DNA of 53,237 bases from a virus (IMGVR_UViG_3300033153_002781:1-53237); one strand, 5' to 3'; shown: positions 10,260 through 20,209, numbered from the stretch's first letter. Translations and numbers: made by a program. The notes: generated by a model from the sequence alone, not told the origin.

Positions 10260-10489
10260 TATTCACCCACCTTTAAATCAGTTCCCACAAGTTCCAGGCC
10301 CGAGATCTCCTTATCCGAATATATGTAACAATCGACCCCATTCTTATCGTATTCTATTACGACGTTCCATTCTGGACTGTTCTCTGCCGTTATGTCCTGT
10401 ACATCACCAGATATTCCCGGCAGATTTGAAGGCACAGATGATATCTTTACTGTATCCTTGTATTTGTAATTCCAGACTTTTTCAGCCAT
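10259..10489 (-). CDS. Hypothetical protein (76 aa)
   Basis: Coupled to both neighbours by TAATG overlaps. Confidence 0.7.
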   Translation of the reverse strand: MAEKVWNYKYKDTVKISSVPSNLPGISGDVQDITAENSPEWNVVIEYDKNGVDCYIYSDKEISGLELVGTDLKVGE

Positions 10490-11229
10490 TAGGGTACCAC
10501 CACGTATGAAGTGTCTGGGCAGAAATCTATGATGTCAAGATTTTCGGTAATATCTGCCACACACCTTCCAATATAATCTGTCGTGTCTGGCTTTGTTTCT
10601 GTCAGAGCACCATGTATATGATCTATGTACAGTCTCGCTCCTTTCGTAGTCCATGTCCATGCATCGTTTCTGACCTTTCCTGTTTTTAATGCTTTTCCAG
10701 AAGCATCCGCATCGATTGTTTCTAGAATCATCACGACCTTTCCTGTTGATGTGGCTATTGCATCATTGTCTGTCTTCCAGTATTTTCCGTCAGATTTCAA
10801 GTATGCGACATTCGGGAATACTAAATTCTCTCCTGCTGTGATCTTCACCACGACACCATCATATCCACCATCAGCATTTATATCAGCTTCTAATTCTTTC
10901 GGATATTCACACTCGTCCACTTTAATCATTGTTGAACTACAATATGGACATGCTGTTGGTGCAGAAATACCCTCTTCTGTGTAATGCCGGTTGCAACATA
11001 TACAATATCGAGAATATGTCGTGGGCGGGTTTCCATCATGGTTCGATACAAGCGTATCCAATGCCGTTTCCTCACCGCCCCCAAGCGTTCCATCAAAGAA
11101 TATTGATAGAGCGTCTGGTGCTTTCCAGTTAATGTATTGTAAGTCTGTCACTATTATTTCGTTGGCTTCAATCTCCATAGTGAGCTTTGTTGCATTCACA
11201 CTAGCTTTTGTATAAGGATATTCAGTCAT
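10489..11229 (-). CDS. Putative structural protein with internal Zn ribbon
   Basis: CICC...CPYC insert; the C-terminal AGENL...AYLKSDGKYWK region resembles cement/fibre-base domains. Confidence 0.55.
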   Translation of the reverse strand: MTEYPYTKASVNATKLTMEIEANEIIVTDLQYINWKAPDALSIFFDGTLGGGEETALDTLVSNHDGNPPTTYSRYCICCNRHYTEEGISAPTACPYCSSTMIKVDECEYPKELEADINADGGYDGVVVKITAGENLVFPNVAYLKSDGKYWKTDNDAIATSTGKVVMILETIDADASGKALKTGKVRNDAWTWTTKGARLYIDHIHGALTETKPDTTDYIGRCVADITENLDIIDFCPDTSYVVVP

Positions 11230-11230
11230 C

Positions 11231-12907
11231 TTATTCCACCACCTTTGTTATGATAAGTCTTTTTCTTCTAATTGATACGGTTCCACTTGGCGATCCATTT
11301 CTTCTAAATTCAAAATCAATATTATGACTTCCAGCGAGTGGATTAACTATAACGAATCCAGAACAAACATTGTAATTATTCATTTCCCAGTTGGTCAATG
11401 CCAACTCACTTCCACCAAGTAAAACTCTCGCTTCACAACTCACATTTGCCGTTCCTGTACTTATTAATTCAAATGAATATTCGATTTTGTATTTTGCTAA
11501 TTCAAATGTTTTTGTAAATCGTCTTGCTAATTGAAATGTAGTAGACGTTGTGCTATCAACTGCTGACTCACTGTCCTGAATAACAGTTGGTGCTTTTGGT
11601 GTTGCGCTCAGTTTCAATGGTGTTACAATCTTTTCATCATCTGTTCCAGCATCAGTCTCTGCTTGCGTTGCAATTTCCGCAATTCCAATTACCAATTCAG
11701 TGGCTTGTATTGGTCTATTGTGGTTAAGTGGATTACCATCGGCTTTAGCACCCATAGCAGATACCGCTTCACTATCAAGATACTTTGCGTGATGGACACT
11801 TGGAAGTCCCGCATGTGTAGCGATATCAGTTGTTATATCAGCTGGCGTTGCTTTCTCAGTATCAAGTTCATTTATAGCCGCTTGAACATCCGTAGATGCA
11901 ATTGTTCCAGCTGGTGTATTTTCTATTGAATCCGCTGTAATGCTACCATAATACGCTGTTGGTGGTGTTAATACAGAACCAGTACCAGACGTTGCTGTGA
12001 ATGTAGATCCACCAAAATTCAATATATGAATCAATGTTGGATCTGGTGTGGCATATGATATTGCAGGCATAAGTCTTAGATACATGTGTGTGGCATCAAT
12101 ATTCACATGAAGTTCTATCAAAGCACCAACTTCATATATTGGTCTTGCTATCATCCAAGCACCTCCTGTCGCATTAGATTTAGCATTTATAATATATATT
12201 TTTGATGCTTCTGGATTAGGTCCAGATATTGATACAATTATAGAATGGTTGTCACCAGCAAAATTACCAATCTCTGTTTGATTATTACCAGCACCTATTG
12301 TTCTATTCACGGCATGATTGTATAGTTTGTTTGATTTCAAACCACCAGATGCATTTCCAAGAAATATTGCATCCAAGTCATAGTCAACCAAACTTGTTAA
12401 ATTATTACCGCCCATGCTTTGATCTGCTGTGAAAGGAACAGAGCCATCTGCACCTATAACATCTGTATCACTTACCTTTGAATTCAGATTTGCCAATAAA
12501 TCTGCTGAATGTAAAGATCCACCTAATGCGTGGATATCTTGTGTATTATCGATCTTCCTCCAAACTGATGCTATACCATCAAACCATGCGATGTCTTTTA
12601 CTTTCCAATCTGTTATTCCATCTAGGTTTGTGTTTCCAGCAACAGTGACAATATATCCATGCCCAGCAACTTTTGCACCAGGCAATGTCAAATCAGGAAC
12701 ATTTGTTGTTGCATTCCAAGCACCTTGTATGTTAATACCACCAAGAATGGATGCCAGACTTGTTAAGCTATCCTCTACTGGAAGACCATTTACATCTATT
12801 ATGACTATGTTTCCAGGTGTTGTCCCTGCCACTGGCTTATGGTCTTTTATAGAATTTATTGGATGCTTCTTACCATGATCTTTCTTACCTGGAACCATAT
12901 ATATCAA
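11231..12907 (-). CDS. Fibre protein
   Basis: GIAEIATQAETDAGTDDEKIVTPLKL (T4 gp34/gp12-type fibre repeat), STDVQAAINELD and QGAWNATTNVP fibre motifs. Confidence 0.75.
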   Translation of the reverse strand: MIYMVPGKKDHGKKHPINSIKDHKPVAGTTPGNIVIIDVNGLPVEDSLTSLASILGGINIQGAWNATTNVPDLTLPGAKVAGHGYIVTVAGNTNLDGITDWKVKDIAWFDGIASVWRKIDNTQDIHALGGSLHSADLLANLNSKVSDTDVIGADGSVPFTADQSMGGNNLTSLVDYDLDAIFLGNASGGLKSNKLYNHAVNRTIGAGNNQTEIGNFAGDNHSIIVSISGPNPEASKIYIINAKSNATGGAWMIARPIYEVGALIELHVNIDATHMYLRLMPAISYATPDPTLIHILNFGGSTFTATSGTGSVLTPPTAYYGSITADSIENTPAGTIASTDVQAAINELDTEKATPADITTDIATHAGLPSVHHAKYLDSEAVSAMGAKADGNPLNHNRPIQATELVIGIAEIATQAETDAGTDDEKIVTPLKLSATPKAPTVIQDSESAVDSTTSTTFQLARRFTKTFELAKYKIEYSFELISTGTANVSCEARVLLGGSELALTNWEMNNYNVCSGFVIVNPLAGSHNIDFEFRRNGSPSGTVSIRRKRLIITKVVE

Positions 12908-13314
12908 CCACCTATTACATAGAATGTATCAGTCGCTACTTCAGCTATATAATAAATTGCATTTGTGTTACTGAATGGGAATGGTAAACTCTCACCAGAA
13001 GCTATGGGTGCTCCACCAAGTCCAACAGCAATGGATGAACCACCAAACCAGATTTGACCTATATTGCCAGAATCACAAATTATGGACACACCATTCAATA
13101 CAGGAATATCTGGTAATTGGTGTTGTAACAAATCAGGAACTGTTACTGCTAGAGAAGCATCTATATCTGACGGTAAGGCCGCATTAATTATAATTCCACC
13201 AGCCGCCCCTTTTTCAAGAGGATATGGCTTACCATCTGACTTCTTAATAGCCGCCAAAATGATGAAAGCCTGAGCTTGGTCATCTATCGGTAAATCTGGA
13301 TCGGTGTCACTCAT
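12904..13314 (-). CDS. Hypothetical structural protein
   Basis: Beta-rich protein in the head/fibre operon. Confidence 0.6.
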   Translation of the reverse strand: MSDTDPDLPIDDQAQAFIILAAIKKSDGKPYPLEKGAAGGIIINAALPSDIDASLAVTVPDLLQHQLPDIPVLNGVSIICDSGNIGQIWFGGSSIAVGLGGAPIASGESLPFPFSNTNAIYYIAEVATDTFYVIGG

Positions 13315-13319
13315 TCATC

Positions 13320-13799
13320 TCACCCCTCATATGGAATTATCTTTCCAGTCTTCAGAGCATTCTCAAGCCCCGGAGTGAGTTCGTCTGGCAATGCCTTTGG
13401 TTTGTCCATACCAGGTGTGAATGACCATCCTGAAGCCCAATCATTATAGGCTCTTGGTGCGATGAACAAATCCTCATCTGGTTCTGGAATATCTTCTACG
13501 ATATCCTCAGTCTCAATTTCCTCAATGGCATCATTAATTGCCTCATCGACAATATCTGTGACATCTTCAACCGATCCCTCATCTGGTTCTGGAATATCTT
13601 CTACGATATCCTCAGTCTCAGTTTCACCCAATGCATAACTCTCATCAAAGATCACTAGCAAGCGCATTTTCAGTTCATCCTCTCTGGCATTCAATACCAA
13701 TTTGTGACCATCCTCTTTGAATGTTCTACCGATGTCCTGGAGCTTTCTGTAGTTCTCCTCGTTCTCAATTTGTTCTCGCGTGATTTCCATCTTGTCCAC
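13320..13799 (-). CDS. Acidic protein with possible HeH/Rho-N-like N-terminus
   Basis: YRKLQDIG...NAREDELKMRL; follows the major capsid gene; contains an internal duplication. Confidence 0.6.
   Translation of the reverse strand: MDKMEITREQIENEENYRKLQDIGRTFKEDGHKLVLNAREDELKMRLLVIFDESYALGETETEDIVEDIPEPDEGSVEDVTDIVDEAINDAIEEIETEDIVEDIPEPDEDLFIAPRAYNDWASGWSFTPGMDKPKALPDELTPGLENALKTGKIIPYEG
13472..13620. repeat. Perfect 44-bp direct repeat (13472-13515 and 13577-13620)
   Basis: CCTCATCTGGTTCTGGAATATCTTCTACGATATCCTCAGTCTCA occurs twice, encoding ETEDIVEDIPEPDE. Confidence 0.95.
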
Positions 13800-13828
13800 C
13801 TCGTGGTTTTGATTCTCCTTTTTCTTTC

Positions 13829-13863
13829 AAAAAAGTAAAGAGGCGTGGCCATTAAGACCACGC
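13829..13863 (-). terminator. Hairpin plus U-tract after the major capsid gene
   Basis: GCGTGGTC-TTAAT-GGCCACGC followed by CTCTTTACTTTTTT. Confidence 0.7.
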
Positions 13864-13873
13864 TATTTCCTGT

Positions 13874-14773
13874 CTAAATGACAAGGCTATCGAGCTGGTG
13901 TGCCGCCTTGGTCTGTACAAGTGCGGTTGCGAAATACTTTCTAGCATACGCAATGTCTATTCCAGCATCAGCTTTCCTTTCATTTTCAAGGGTCATTGGT
14001 CTCTGTGTGAATACACCACAGGCCTTTGTATCAATGACGAAGAGATATCCTGTTGGATCAAAGAACTCCTCATATCCACTTCCATCTGGCTTCTCTGCTT
14101 GTATGATATCCCAGATATATGTTTTCTTGATGCCTGGGAATTTCTTGGCGATCAGTTCCTCAGCCGTTAGCATATTGGCATAGTTCATACCAATGTCATC
14201 GATTCTTGATCTTTGGTCTGATGTCCAGACAATTGCATCTGGATTGAATCCAGCCTGACGTGGCTTTTTAATTATACCATTGAGTTGGGCAAGGACGTTC
14301 TTATCGGTTTCACTTGACCAGTCAGTACCAGAGGTTGTTGCCATAGTATCCTTGACAAGATTGAAAGCCTGGGAATCAACAGCCCTAGAGAATGCCCTAG
14401 CATGATTTCCAGCACTCAACAGATCCTGAGCACTCATACCGAGATTTATCTTTGCCGCATCTGTTATTGGTATCTTGGTTTCATACTCCTCAAGAGTGTA
14501 TTCTGTGTCAGATGCTTTGATCTTTTGATCACCAGTTGAGATTCCATCTGGTTTCAGACGAGCAATGAGTTGACCCCAGTCATAGAATTTTCCTTTTAGA
14601 CCAGCTTTCCTGTCCAAAGGATTGGCGACAAAGAGTTGAGGTGCGAGTGACATCTCACCTGATTCTTTCAGAACAGATTTGACCATCTTGGCCAGATACA
14701 TCTTCTGCTTGGCTGATATCGCATCAGGGTTTACGAACAAACCCTCATAGTATTTTTCAGGTTCCAAAGGCAT
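13874..14773 (-). CDS. Major capsid protein (HK97 fold)
   Basis: ~300 aa after protease and cement genes, followed by a terminator; KIPITD...FSRAVDSQAF...PDAIV pattern. The ATG at 14773 follows GGAGGTG. Confidence 0.8.
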   Translation of the reverse strand: MPLEPEKYYEGLFVNPDAISAKQKMYLAKMVKSVLKESGEMSLAPQLFVANPLDRKAGLKGKFYDWGQLIARLKPDGISTGDQKIKASDTEYTLEEYETKIPITDAAKINLGMSAQDLLSAGNHARAFSRAVDSQAFNLVKDTMATTSGTDWSSETDKNVLAQLNGIIKKPRQAGFNPDAIVWTSDQRSRIDDIGMNYANMLTAEELIAKKFPGIKKTYIWDIIQAEKPDGSGYEEFFDPTGYLFVIDTKACGVFTQRPMTLENERKADAGIDIAYARKYFATALVQTKAAHQLDSLVI

Positions 14774-14774
14774 A

Positions 14775-15197
14775 TTATGCACCTCCAGTCAAGCGAACCA
14801 GAATTTTCTTGTTCGCATCCTTCAGCCTGTCAACATACCCAACAAGGTCATCAACATAATCAGATCCACCAATCCATAGCCTAAGCTTTCCAGCAGTGCC
14901 GACACACTTCACGGGTTGATTGAGCTTCAGAGTATCATCCTCACTGTCAATTCCCTCATGGATTCCCTTGCGGAGTAAGCCTACACGCTCACCCTTGACA
15001 GCCTCGGCCACGCCAGCGGATGTGCCTTGAATAATGCGAGCAAGCCCACAATATCTTCCAGCATTCCAGATCTTGACATTGCCGTTATCCATCATTTCCA
15101 TGGCCATGCCATCAACAACAGTTGCGCTCTCAGTCGAATCTATGATTGCACTGCCATTGACATCTTCCTCTTGAGGTCCAGTTGTAGTGTCGCTCAT
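14775..15197 (-). CDS. Putative capsid cement/decoration protein
   Basis: 140 aa, Gly-rich, between protease/scaffold and capsid genes. Confidence 0.6.
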   Translation of the reverse strand: MSDTTTGPQEEDVNGSAIIDSTESATVVDGMAMEMMDNGNVKIWNAGRYCGLARIIQGTSAGVAEAVKGERVGLLRKGIHEGIDSEDDTLKLNQPVKCVGTAGKLRLWIGGSDYVDDLVGYVDRLKDANKKILVRLTGGA

Positions 15198-17218
15198 GTG
15201 AACACGCCCCTTTCAGGTTCACTGAATTCAAGTTCTTTGTCCTTGTCCTTGTTCTTATCATCTTCTGACAGGACTAATCCCTTTTCTCCAGCTTTCCAGT
15301 TTTCTTGGCCTCCAATGGTATTCAGGAATGCAGCCCTGTCCTCATCGCTCGAAAGAGCCATCAGAACTTTGGTTGTTCCCTCTCTCTTGGCCTCAGAGAG
15401 TTGACCTGATTCAATCAGACCGTTAACCATTGCTTTCGTATCGCTCAAGCTCCTCTCATTGCTGAGATTTGCGTTTGACTGCTTCAGGGTGTCGATCTCC
15501 GTCTGCATAGCACTGAATCTCTTTTCGAGATCAGAATTGAGCGCAGAGTCCGCTGCGGCTTTGGCAGTAGCAGCTTCCTCTTCCTTCAGTTTTTCTTCCT
15601 TTGCCTTATCCTCAGCCAGCTTCTTGTCAGCTTCAAGCTTTTCAGCTTCGAGTTTCTTTGCTTCCGCAAGTTTCTCCTCTTCAAGCTTCTTTTCTGCGGC
15701 CAATTCTTCAGGCGTTTTCGGTTTTTCTGCCATTTTCTTTCCTCCATCAGAATTCTTATCCGATGAGCTTAATTCCACCAACTCTGCTGACTTTAGCCAG
15801 CATACCTTACAGGCGGGATTTAGAGTTAGTGCTATCCCTTTGAAATCCAAGTATGTACATACCTTCTTACCACTTGAATAATCGAATGTGCATTTATCAT
15901 TGAGTTTTACACTCAGTCCTATCTTTGTGTCCGGATTACGTTTGTACCAATCTATGACACGCTCATCAAAGATGACACCGCTGACATCAATACCATTGAT
16001 TTCATCATTCCAACGTGGTTTGTAATTAAATCCTTTGACATTCTCCCAAGTGTCATCCTCATGTTCTACATCAATTCTTAGTCCACTAGCTCTATCCAAA
16101 GCATCCTTGACAACATCTGCTGGGAATTCTGTGTTCTTCCAAAAGCCCTCAGCTATTGCGGGACCATTAATCATCAAGAGTTCCGTTTTACCAGTCCTTT
16201 CAGCATCCTCATCAGACAGTTGCTCAAATCTCGGTGTCACAGCACTGTAAAAGTCATCACATTTTGATAACTCGGGAGTGTCCTTTTCAAACTGTTCATA
16301 ATGACCAGATAGATGAGTGTAGACTGATTTCTTATCTTCTGACGGAATATCAACACCGCCACGTGCACCAAGTAAAGCAGCCATAGCTGCAACTACTCCT
16401 TTCCAGACTACTTTCAATGAGCCGTCTATGATATCGTGATGGGGTAGTTTATAGCTTTCCAGATTCTCTTGGTCATCACCATTGTACCAGGCAAAGCCTA
16501 ATCTGTATTTGTCCCAGTCTATTTTGTCCTTATCACCAGAACCATCACTAGAAGCCCATTTTCTTATGTTGAGTTCTGAGGATGTTCCATCCCAAACCAT
16601 GTCTATATCTGCCATTGGTGTGTCATGTGGTGCAACGGCTGAGAATGATTCAGATAGTTTGGTAACTGTTTGGATTGATTCTATTTTGAATGATAATCCA
16701 TCTTCAGGAAGCTCGGCTACAATTGCACCATTTATAACACCACCTATATCTGGATGAACTGGGAACAACATAAATTCACCCTCCCATAGAACTGCACCTA
16801 AAATATCCTCATTAGGTTCATCAACAAAGAGTAATTGATCAACATTCCATCCCTGAACGTCCTCACCCATTCTTTTTCTGAACACCAACCATGCCTTGTC
16901 TTCGCCTTCTGGTGGATATTTATCCAGTAAGGATTGTATAGCACTACCTTGTAACACTACTGTTGTATGTATATTTGATTTTAATAGTGACAAGGAAAGC
17001 TCTTTCTCACGATTGACCCATGATTTTTCATCCTCTGATTTTTCAAAGAGTTTTATCCACGTAGCCCACGCTACGGCTGCAGGATTATCTATTTCCTCTT
17101 GACCTTTGAGTGAATCAAAGATTTCTCCAAATTTATTAGCCTGTTCTAAAGTCAGAGGAATTCCCTGATGCGTTTTTATATTATCTGGCAATTCTTCAAT
17201 AGTATTCCAAGGTGTCAT
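15194..17218 (-). CDS. Multidomain prohead protease/scaffold
   Basis: ChaB-like N-terminus (PWNTIEELPDNIK), WDG...YKLPHH...GARGG domain, protease-like IDVEH...GLSV...IALTLNPAC, then a K/E/A-rich scaffold. Confidence 0.8.
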   Translation of the reverse strand: MTPWNTIEELPDNIKTHQGIPLTLEQANKFGEIFDSLKGQEEIDNPAAVAWATWIKLFEKSEDEKSWVNREKELSLSLLKSNIHTTVVLQGSAIQSLLDKYPPEGEDKAWLVFRKRMGEDVQGWNVDQLLFVDEPNEDILGAVLWEGEFMLFPVHPDIGGVINGAIVAELPEDGLSFKIESIQTVTKLSESFSAVAPHDTPMADIDMVWDGTSSELNIRKWASSDGSGDKDKIDWDKYRLGFAWYNGDDQENLESYKLPHHDIIDGSLKVVWKGVVAAMAALLGARGGVDIPSEDKKSVYTHLSGHYEQFEKDTPELSKCDDFYSAVTPRFEQLSDEDAERTGKTELLMINGPAIAEGFWKNTEFPADVVKDALDRASGLRIDVEHEDDTWENVKGFNYKPRWNDEINGIDVSGVIFDERVIDWYKRNPDTKIGLSVKLNDKCTFDYSSGKKVCTYLDFKGIALTLNPACKVCWLKSAELVELSSSDKNSDGGKKMAEKPKTPEELAAEKKLEEEKLAEAKKLEAEKLEADKKLAEDKAKEEKLKEEEAATAKAAADSALNSDLEKRFSAMQTEIDTLKQSNANLSNERSLSDTKAMVNGLIESGQLSEAKREGTTKVLMALSSDEDRAAFLNTIGGQENWKAGEKGLVLSEDDKNKDKDKELEFSEPERGVFT

Positions 17219-19443
17219 GCTACATCACCAAAACCTTCTGGTACTGAAGTTTCGACTCCAGCTGGGTCATACTGGGGACTTCCTTCTATTATATAATCTA
17301 AAATTGATCTACATGAAAAATGAAGGCTCGGGGTATTGGCATCAAGTGCTGGATCGTTGATAGCAAATTCTTTCCCATCTCTTTCACGGCAAATGTCAGT
17401 TGTAACTTTGTCAATAACCGCAATGAATCTCATTCCCTTCACAAATGGGGTATTGGCTCTTCCAAATGCCTTCTTTCCTTGATTGATTATTGATGTTGTA
17501 TTTGTTTGTACCACTGTCTTTAATTGAGCTTTAGAATATCTATCGCCAAGCAATCCCGATTCAAGGTTCTTAACTACATCACGGCCTCTCAATCCTTCAT
17601 CTAAGCCAGCCTGAACTATCTTCTTTGTATCTTCAAGTATTCTCAATTCTAGGTCATTCGCATTGGCACTTCCATAATCAATCAGTCCATTTCTTATATT
17701 GGACATTTTCTGTTCAATGAAATTAAATGCGCCGGTTCTAGTCCTGACATCAAAGGATGGTTCCATACCGAAGCCGGTTAAATGAGTTTGATCACCCAAT
17801 ACGATATCAACCAATATCTCATCATACATTTCAAGGAATCCAGCTTCAAAGCCAACAATTTCCAATTTGAGACTATCAAGCCATGTTGGTGTTTCAGCGA
17901 ATTCAATTGACTTATCATCCTTTAAGTTCTTTTCAACTTCTTTGATTAATTTCTTGATTGAATTTTGAATTGTAGGAACTAAGAAATCTCCAAATTTCTT
18001 TTCGGCACTATCTAATTGAGCCTCCAATTGTGCTATTCTACCATCTGCAAATTGAGATGATTCCCCAACGTCCTTTCCTTCGCGCTGATTGGTCTGGGCT
18101 TCTGTTCGCGTAATACCGGCTACTGGTGATGGTGTATCAATTATAGCTTGACTGCCAGCTGTCTGTTTGGCTCTCCACGATTGATCCAAGTCATCCGCGA
18201 ATCTATCTTCCATCTCAGGCAATTGGAGTTCACGCCTTATCCACGGTTCAAGAGGATGCACCAATGAATTCTTAATCAATAGATCGAATGTCTGAGCCAT
18301 CTTGACCCTCTGAGTGATGCTGAATGGCTTGAATGTGAATACAGGATAATGTTTAACATTAGGGAAATTCAAATCTATTTCCTTTTTAATAAGTGCCCGG
18401 GTAAGATTTTGTAGTTTACGCTGAATGTATTCTATCCTGAATTCAAATAATTTATAAAATAAATCACCTAATGATTTTGAACCCTCGACCTCAGAACCAC
18501 CCAACAATGATGGGACAAGAAGACCCTTAGTGATTTCATTATCACAATAGGTTATCATTATCTTGAATGCCTCACCCTCTTTCTTGGGTTCCATCATCTC
18601 TACTTTATCATCCTTTTCAAGTGCGAAAGATGTACTGGTGATTATGTTTTTCAATCCATCCCTAGCTGCCTTCATATTTTTGGCCTTAACGAATGATATT
18701 AAAAGAGGAGCACCGAATCTCTCAATGAATATTGACCAGAATTTAAGAATGAAATCCTTTAGGAACCAATATTTATAGACGGCATCAAGGTCAGATTTCC
18801 CAATGAACTGGCTATAATCATCACCATTGACCCAAAGCAAAACCTTGTTCATGTCAAGTAGTATTGGATCTTGGTCGACATATTTTCCAGTTGGATATTT
18901 ATTTTCAAGTTCTATGTTATAAGGGAATTGCTGAATTGCTTTGAGATTTCCAAATTCATCACATGGTAACTTGATACTCTCTGGTGGTAAGACCTTGGCC
19001 TTTTTGACAAATATATATTCTTGGACTGGATCGCGTGCATATACCAGCTCACATACCATCTTTTTGAACCAGAGAGCATCCATCCATTTCTCGATCAGAT
19101 CCTCAATACCACCAGCACTCCAAGGATGCTCATTGATTCTATTCAATGATTCATAAAGGTAATTAGTCATCTGGGTTCCTAATACTTTCTGTTCATCCCA
19201 GTCATAATGAATCTCCCAACCAGCTGATAATACGGCTTCAACAGTTAAACCGACAACGGCTTTGACCTGAGCATCCTTCATCATTCTACGCCGAGCTTCA
19301 TTACTTGGCTCATCAGCACCATTGGAATCAATGTATGCTATCATGTCGTTGACATATTCATCAAAAGCCTGGACATATCCACGCTCTTTATTCCCATAGT
19401 CAGCCTCGACCTCTTCATCATCTATCTTATCTTCATTGGGCAT
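17215..19443 (-). CDS. Portal protein (Mu gp29/DUF935-like) fused to MuF/SPP1 gp7 domain
   Basis: W.IFIERFGAP and YCDNEITKGLL portal motifs; C-terminal VVQTN...FIAVID..TTDIC...DGKEF...PSLHFSCRS is the MuF signature. Confidence 0.88.
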   Translation of the reverse strand: MPNEDKIDDEEVEADYGNKERGYVQAFDEYVNDMIAYIDSNGADEPSNEARRRMMKDAQVKAVVGLTVEAVLSAGWEIHYDWDEQKVLGTQMTNYLYESLNRINEHPWSAGGIEDLIEKWMDALWFKKMVCELVYARDPVQEYIFVKKAKVLPPESIKLPCDEFGNLKAIQQFPYNIELENKYPTGKYVDQDPILLDMNKVLLWVNGDDYSQFIGKSDLDAVYKYWFLKDFILKFWSIFIERFGAPLLISFVKAKNMKAARDGLKNIITSTSFALEKDDKVEMMEPKKEGEAFKIMITYCDNEITKGLLVPSLLGGSEVEGSKSLGDLFYKLFEFRIEYIQRKLQNLTRALIKKEIDLNFPNVKHYPVFTFKPFSITQRVKMAQTFDLLIKNSLVHPLEPWIRRELQLPEMEDRFADDLDQSWRAKQTAGSQAIIDTPSPVAGITRTEAQTNQREGKDVGESSQFADGRIAQLEAQLDSAEKKFGDFLVPTIQNSIKKLIKEVEKNLKDDKSIEFAETPTWLDSLKLEIVGFEAGFLEMYDEILVDIVLGDQTHLTGFGMEPSFDVRTRTGAFNFIEQKMSNIRNGLIDYGSANANDLELRILEDTKKIVQAGLDEGLRGRDVVKNLESGLLGDRYSKAQLKTVVQTNTTSIINQGKKAFGRANTPFVKGMRFIAVIDKVTTDICRERDGKEFAINDPALDANTPSLHFSCRSILDYIIEGSPQYDPAGVETSVPEGFGDVA

Positions 19444-19455
19444 AGAATCTAACAG

Positions 19456-19490
19456 GTGTATTAATATAAAAGAGAATATATAAAAGTTAT
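19456..19490 (-). promoter_or_regulatory. Archaeal-type promoter for the portal operon
   Basis: TTTTATATA roughly 35-40 nt upstream of the ATG, followed by TATTAATA. Confidence 0.55.
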
Positions 19491-19510
19491 GTTATGATTA
19501 TTGTGTTACA

Positions 19511-19548
19511 AGAATTTATATATTTTGTAATCATGTTGGTTGATTACA
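19511..19548 (+). promoter_or_regulatory. TATA promoter with TGTAATCA-N7-TGATTACA inverted repeat
   Basis: TTTATATA near 19516; perfect 8-bp inverted repeat at 19526-19533/19541-19548 ending on the A of the ATG. Confidence 0.65.
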
Positions 19549-19697
19549 TGAAAATAAAAATGACTGTTGATGGTTATAGGTGCTCAAGATGTTATTATGA
19601 ATGGCAACCAAAAACTAAGGGGAAAAAGCCAATAGTTTGTCCAAAGTGCCATTCACCATACTGGGACAAGCCACGAAGGAATAAAAAGAAAAGGTGA
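19548..19697 (+). CDS. Small basic Zn-ribbon protein, probably leaderless
   Basis: CSRC...W...CPKC.SPYW; the ATG at 19548 is ~25 nt after the TATA box. Confidence 0.8.
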   Translation: MKIKMTVDGYRCSRCYYEWQPKTKGKKPIVCPKCHSPYWDKPRRNKKKR

Positions 19698-19861
19698 TTG
19701 TGATTAGAGAAGAGGTTGTATTGGTGTGTGGTTCACTTGGTGATTGCTACGGTGAATGCGATTTGGTGTTGGCTATAATCGAACGAGTCACAAGGGATGG
19801 ATTGAACTTGACCGTCAGGTGTGAGGATGCTTGGAAAAGTGAACGGGTGTGGCTTGAATGA
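19694..19861 (+). CDS. Hypothetical protein (55 aa)
   Basis: Hand-translated MIVIREEVVLVCGSLGDCYGEC...; GTGA and ATGA overlaps with both neighbours. Confidence 0.6.
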   Translation: MIVIREEVVLVCGSLGDCYGECDLVLAIIERVTRDGLNLTVRCEDAWKSERVWLE

Positions 19862-20205
19862 ATACAATTCTATTTTGCATTATGTGGTTAATATTCAAAC
19901 ATTGGTTAGTTGATTTTGTTCTACAGACACCTTATCAATGGATGAACAAGGGTAAATATGGGCATCCTGGAGGAATATTACATAGTGTTTTGATGGTCGC
20001 ATTCAGTATTCCAGTTGCCGTTGTATTAAATGCTTGGTGGATACTTCCAATGGAATTCATCGTACATTATCATGTTGATTGGGCAAAGATTCAAATCAAT
20101 GATAAATTTGAATTGAAACCAGACACAAGTGAAAGGTATTGGTGGTTACTAGGATTTGACCAGATGATGCATTATCTTACATATATCGTGATGGTCATGT
20201 TATGA
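19858..20205 (+). CDS. DUF3307-family membrane protein
   Basis: H...DF.LQ...M..K, H, H..VD..K and DQ..H motifs. Confidence 0.85.
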   Translation: MNTILFCIMWLIFKHWLVDFVLQTPYQWMNKGKYGHPGGILHSVLMVAFSIPVAVVLNAWWILPMEFIVHYHVDWAKIQINDKFELKPDTSERYWWLLGFDQMMHYLTYIVMVML

Positions 20206-20209
20206 TTAA

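Noticed and set aside
1875-19156. Many plus-strand ORFs antisense to structural genes, and minus-strand ORFs within 27-51 kb
   Set aside because: They are shadow frames of well-supported genes, with no RBS or recognisable motifs.
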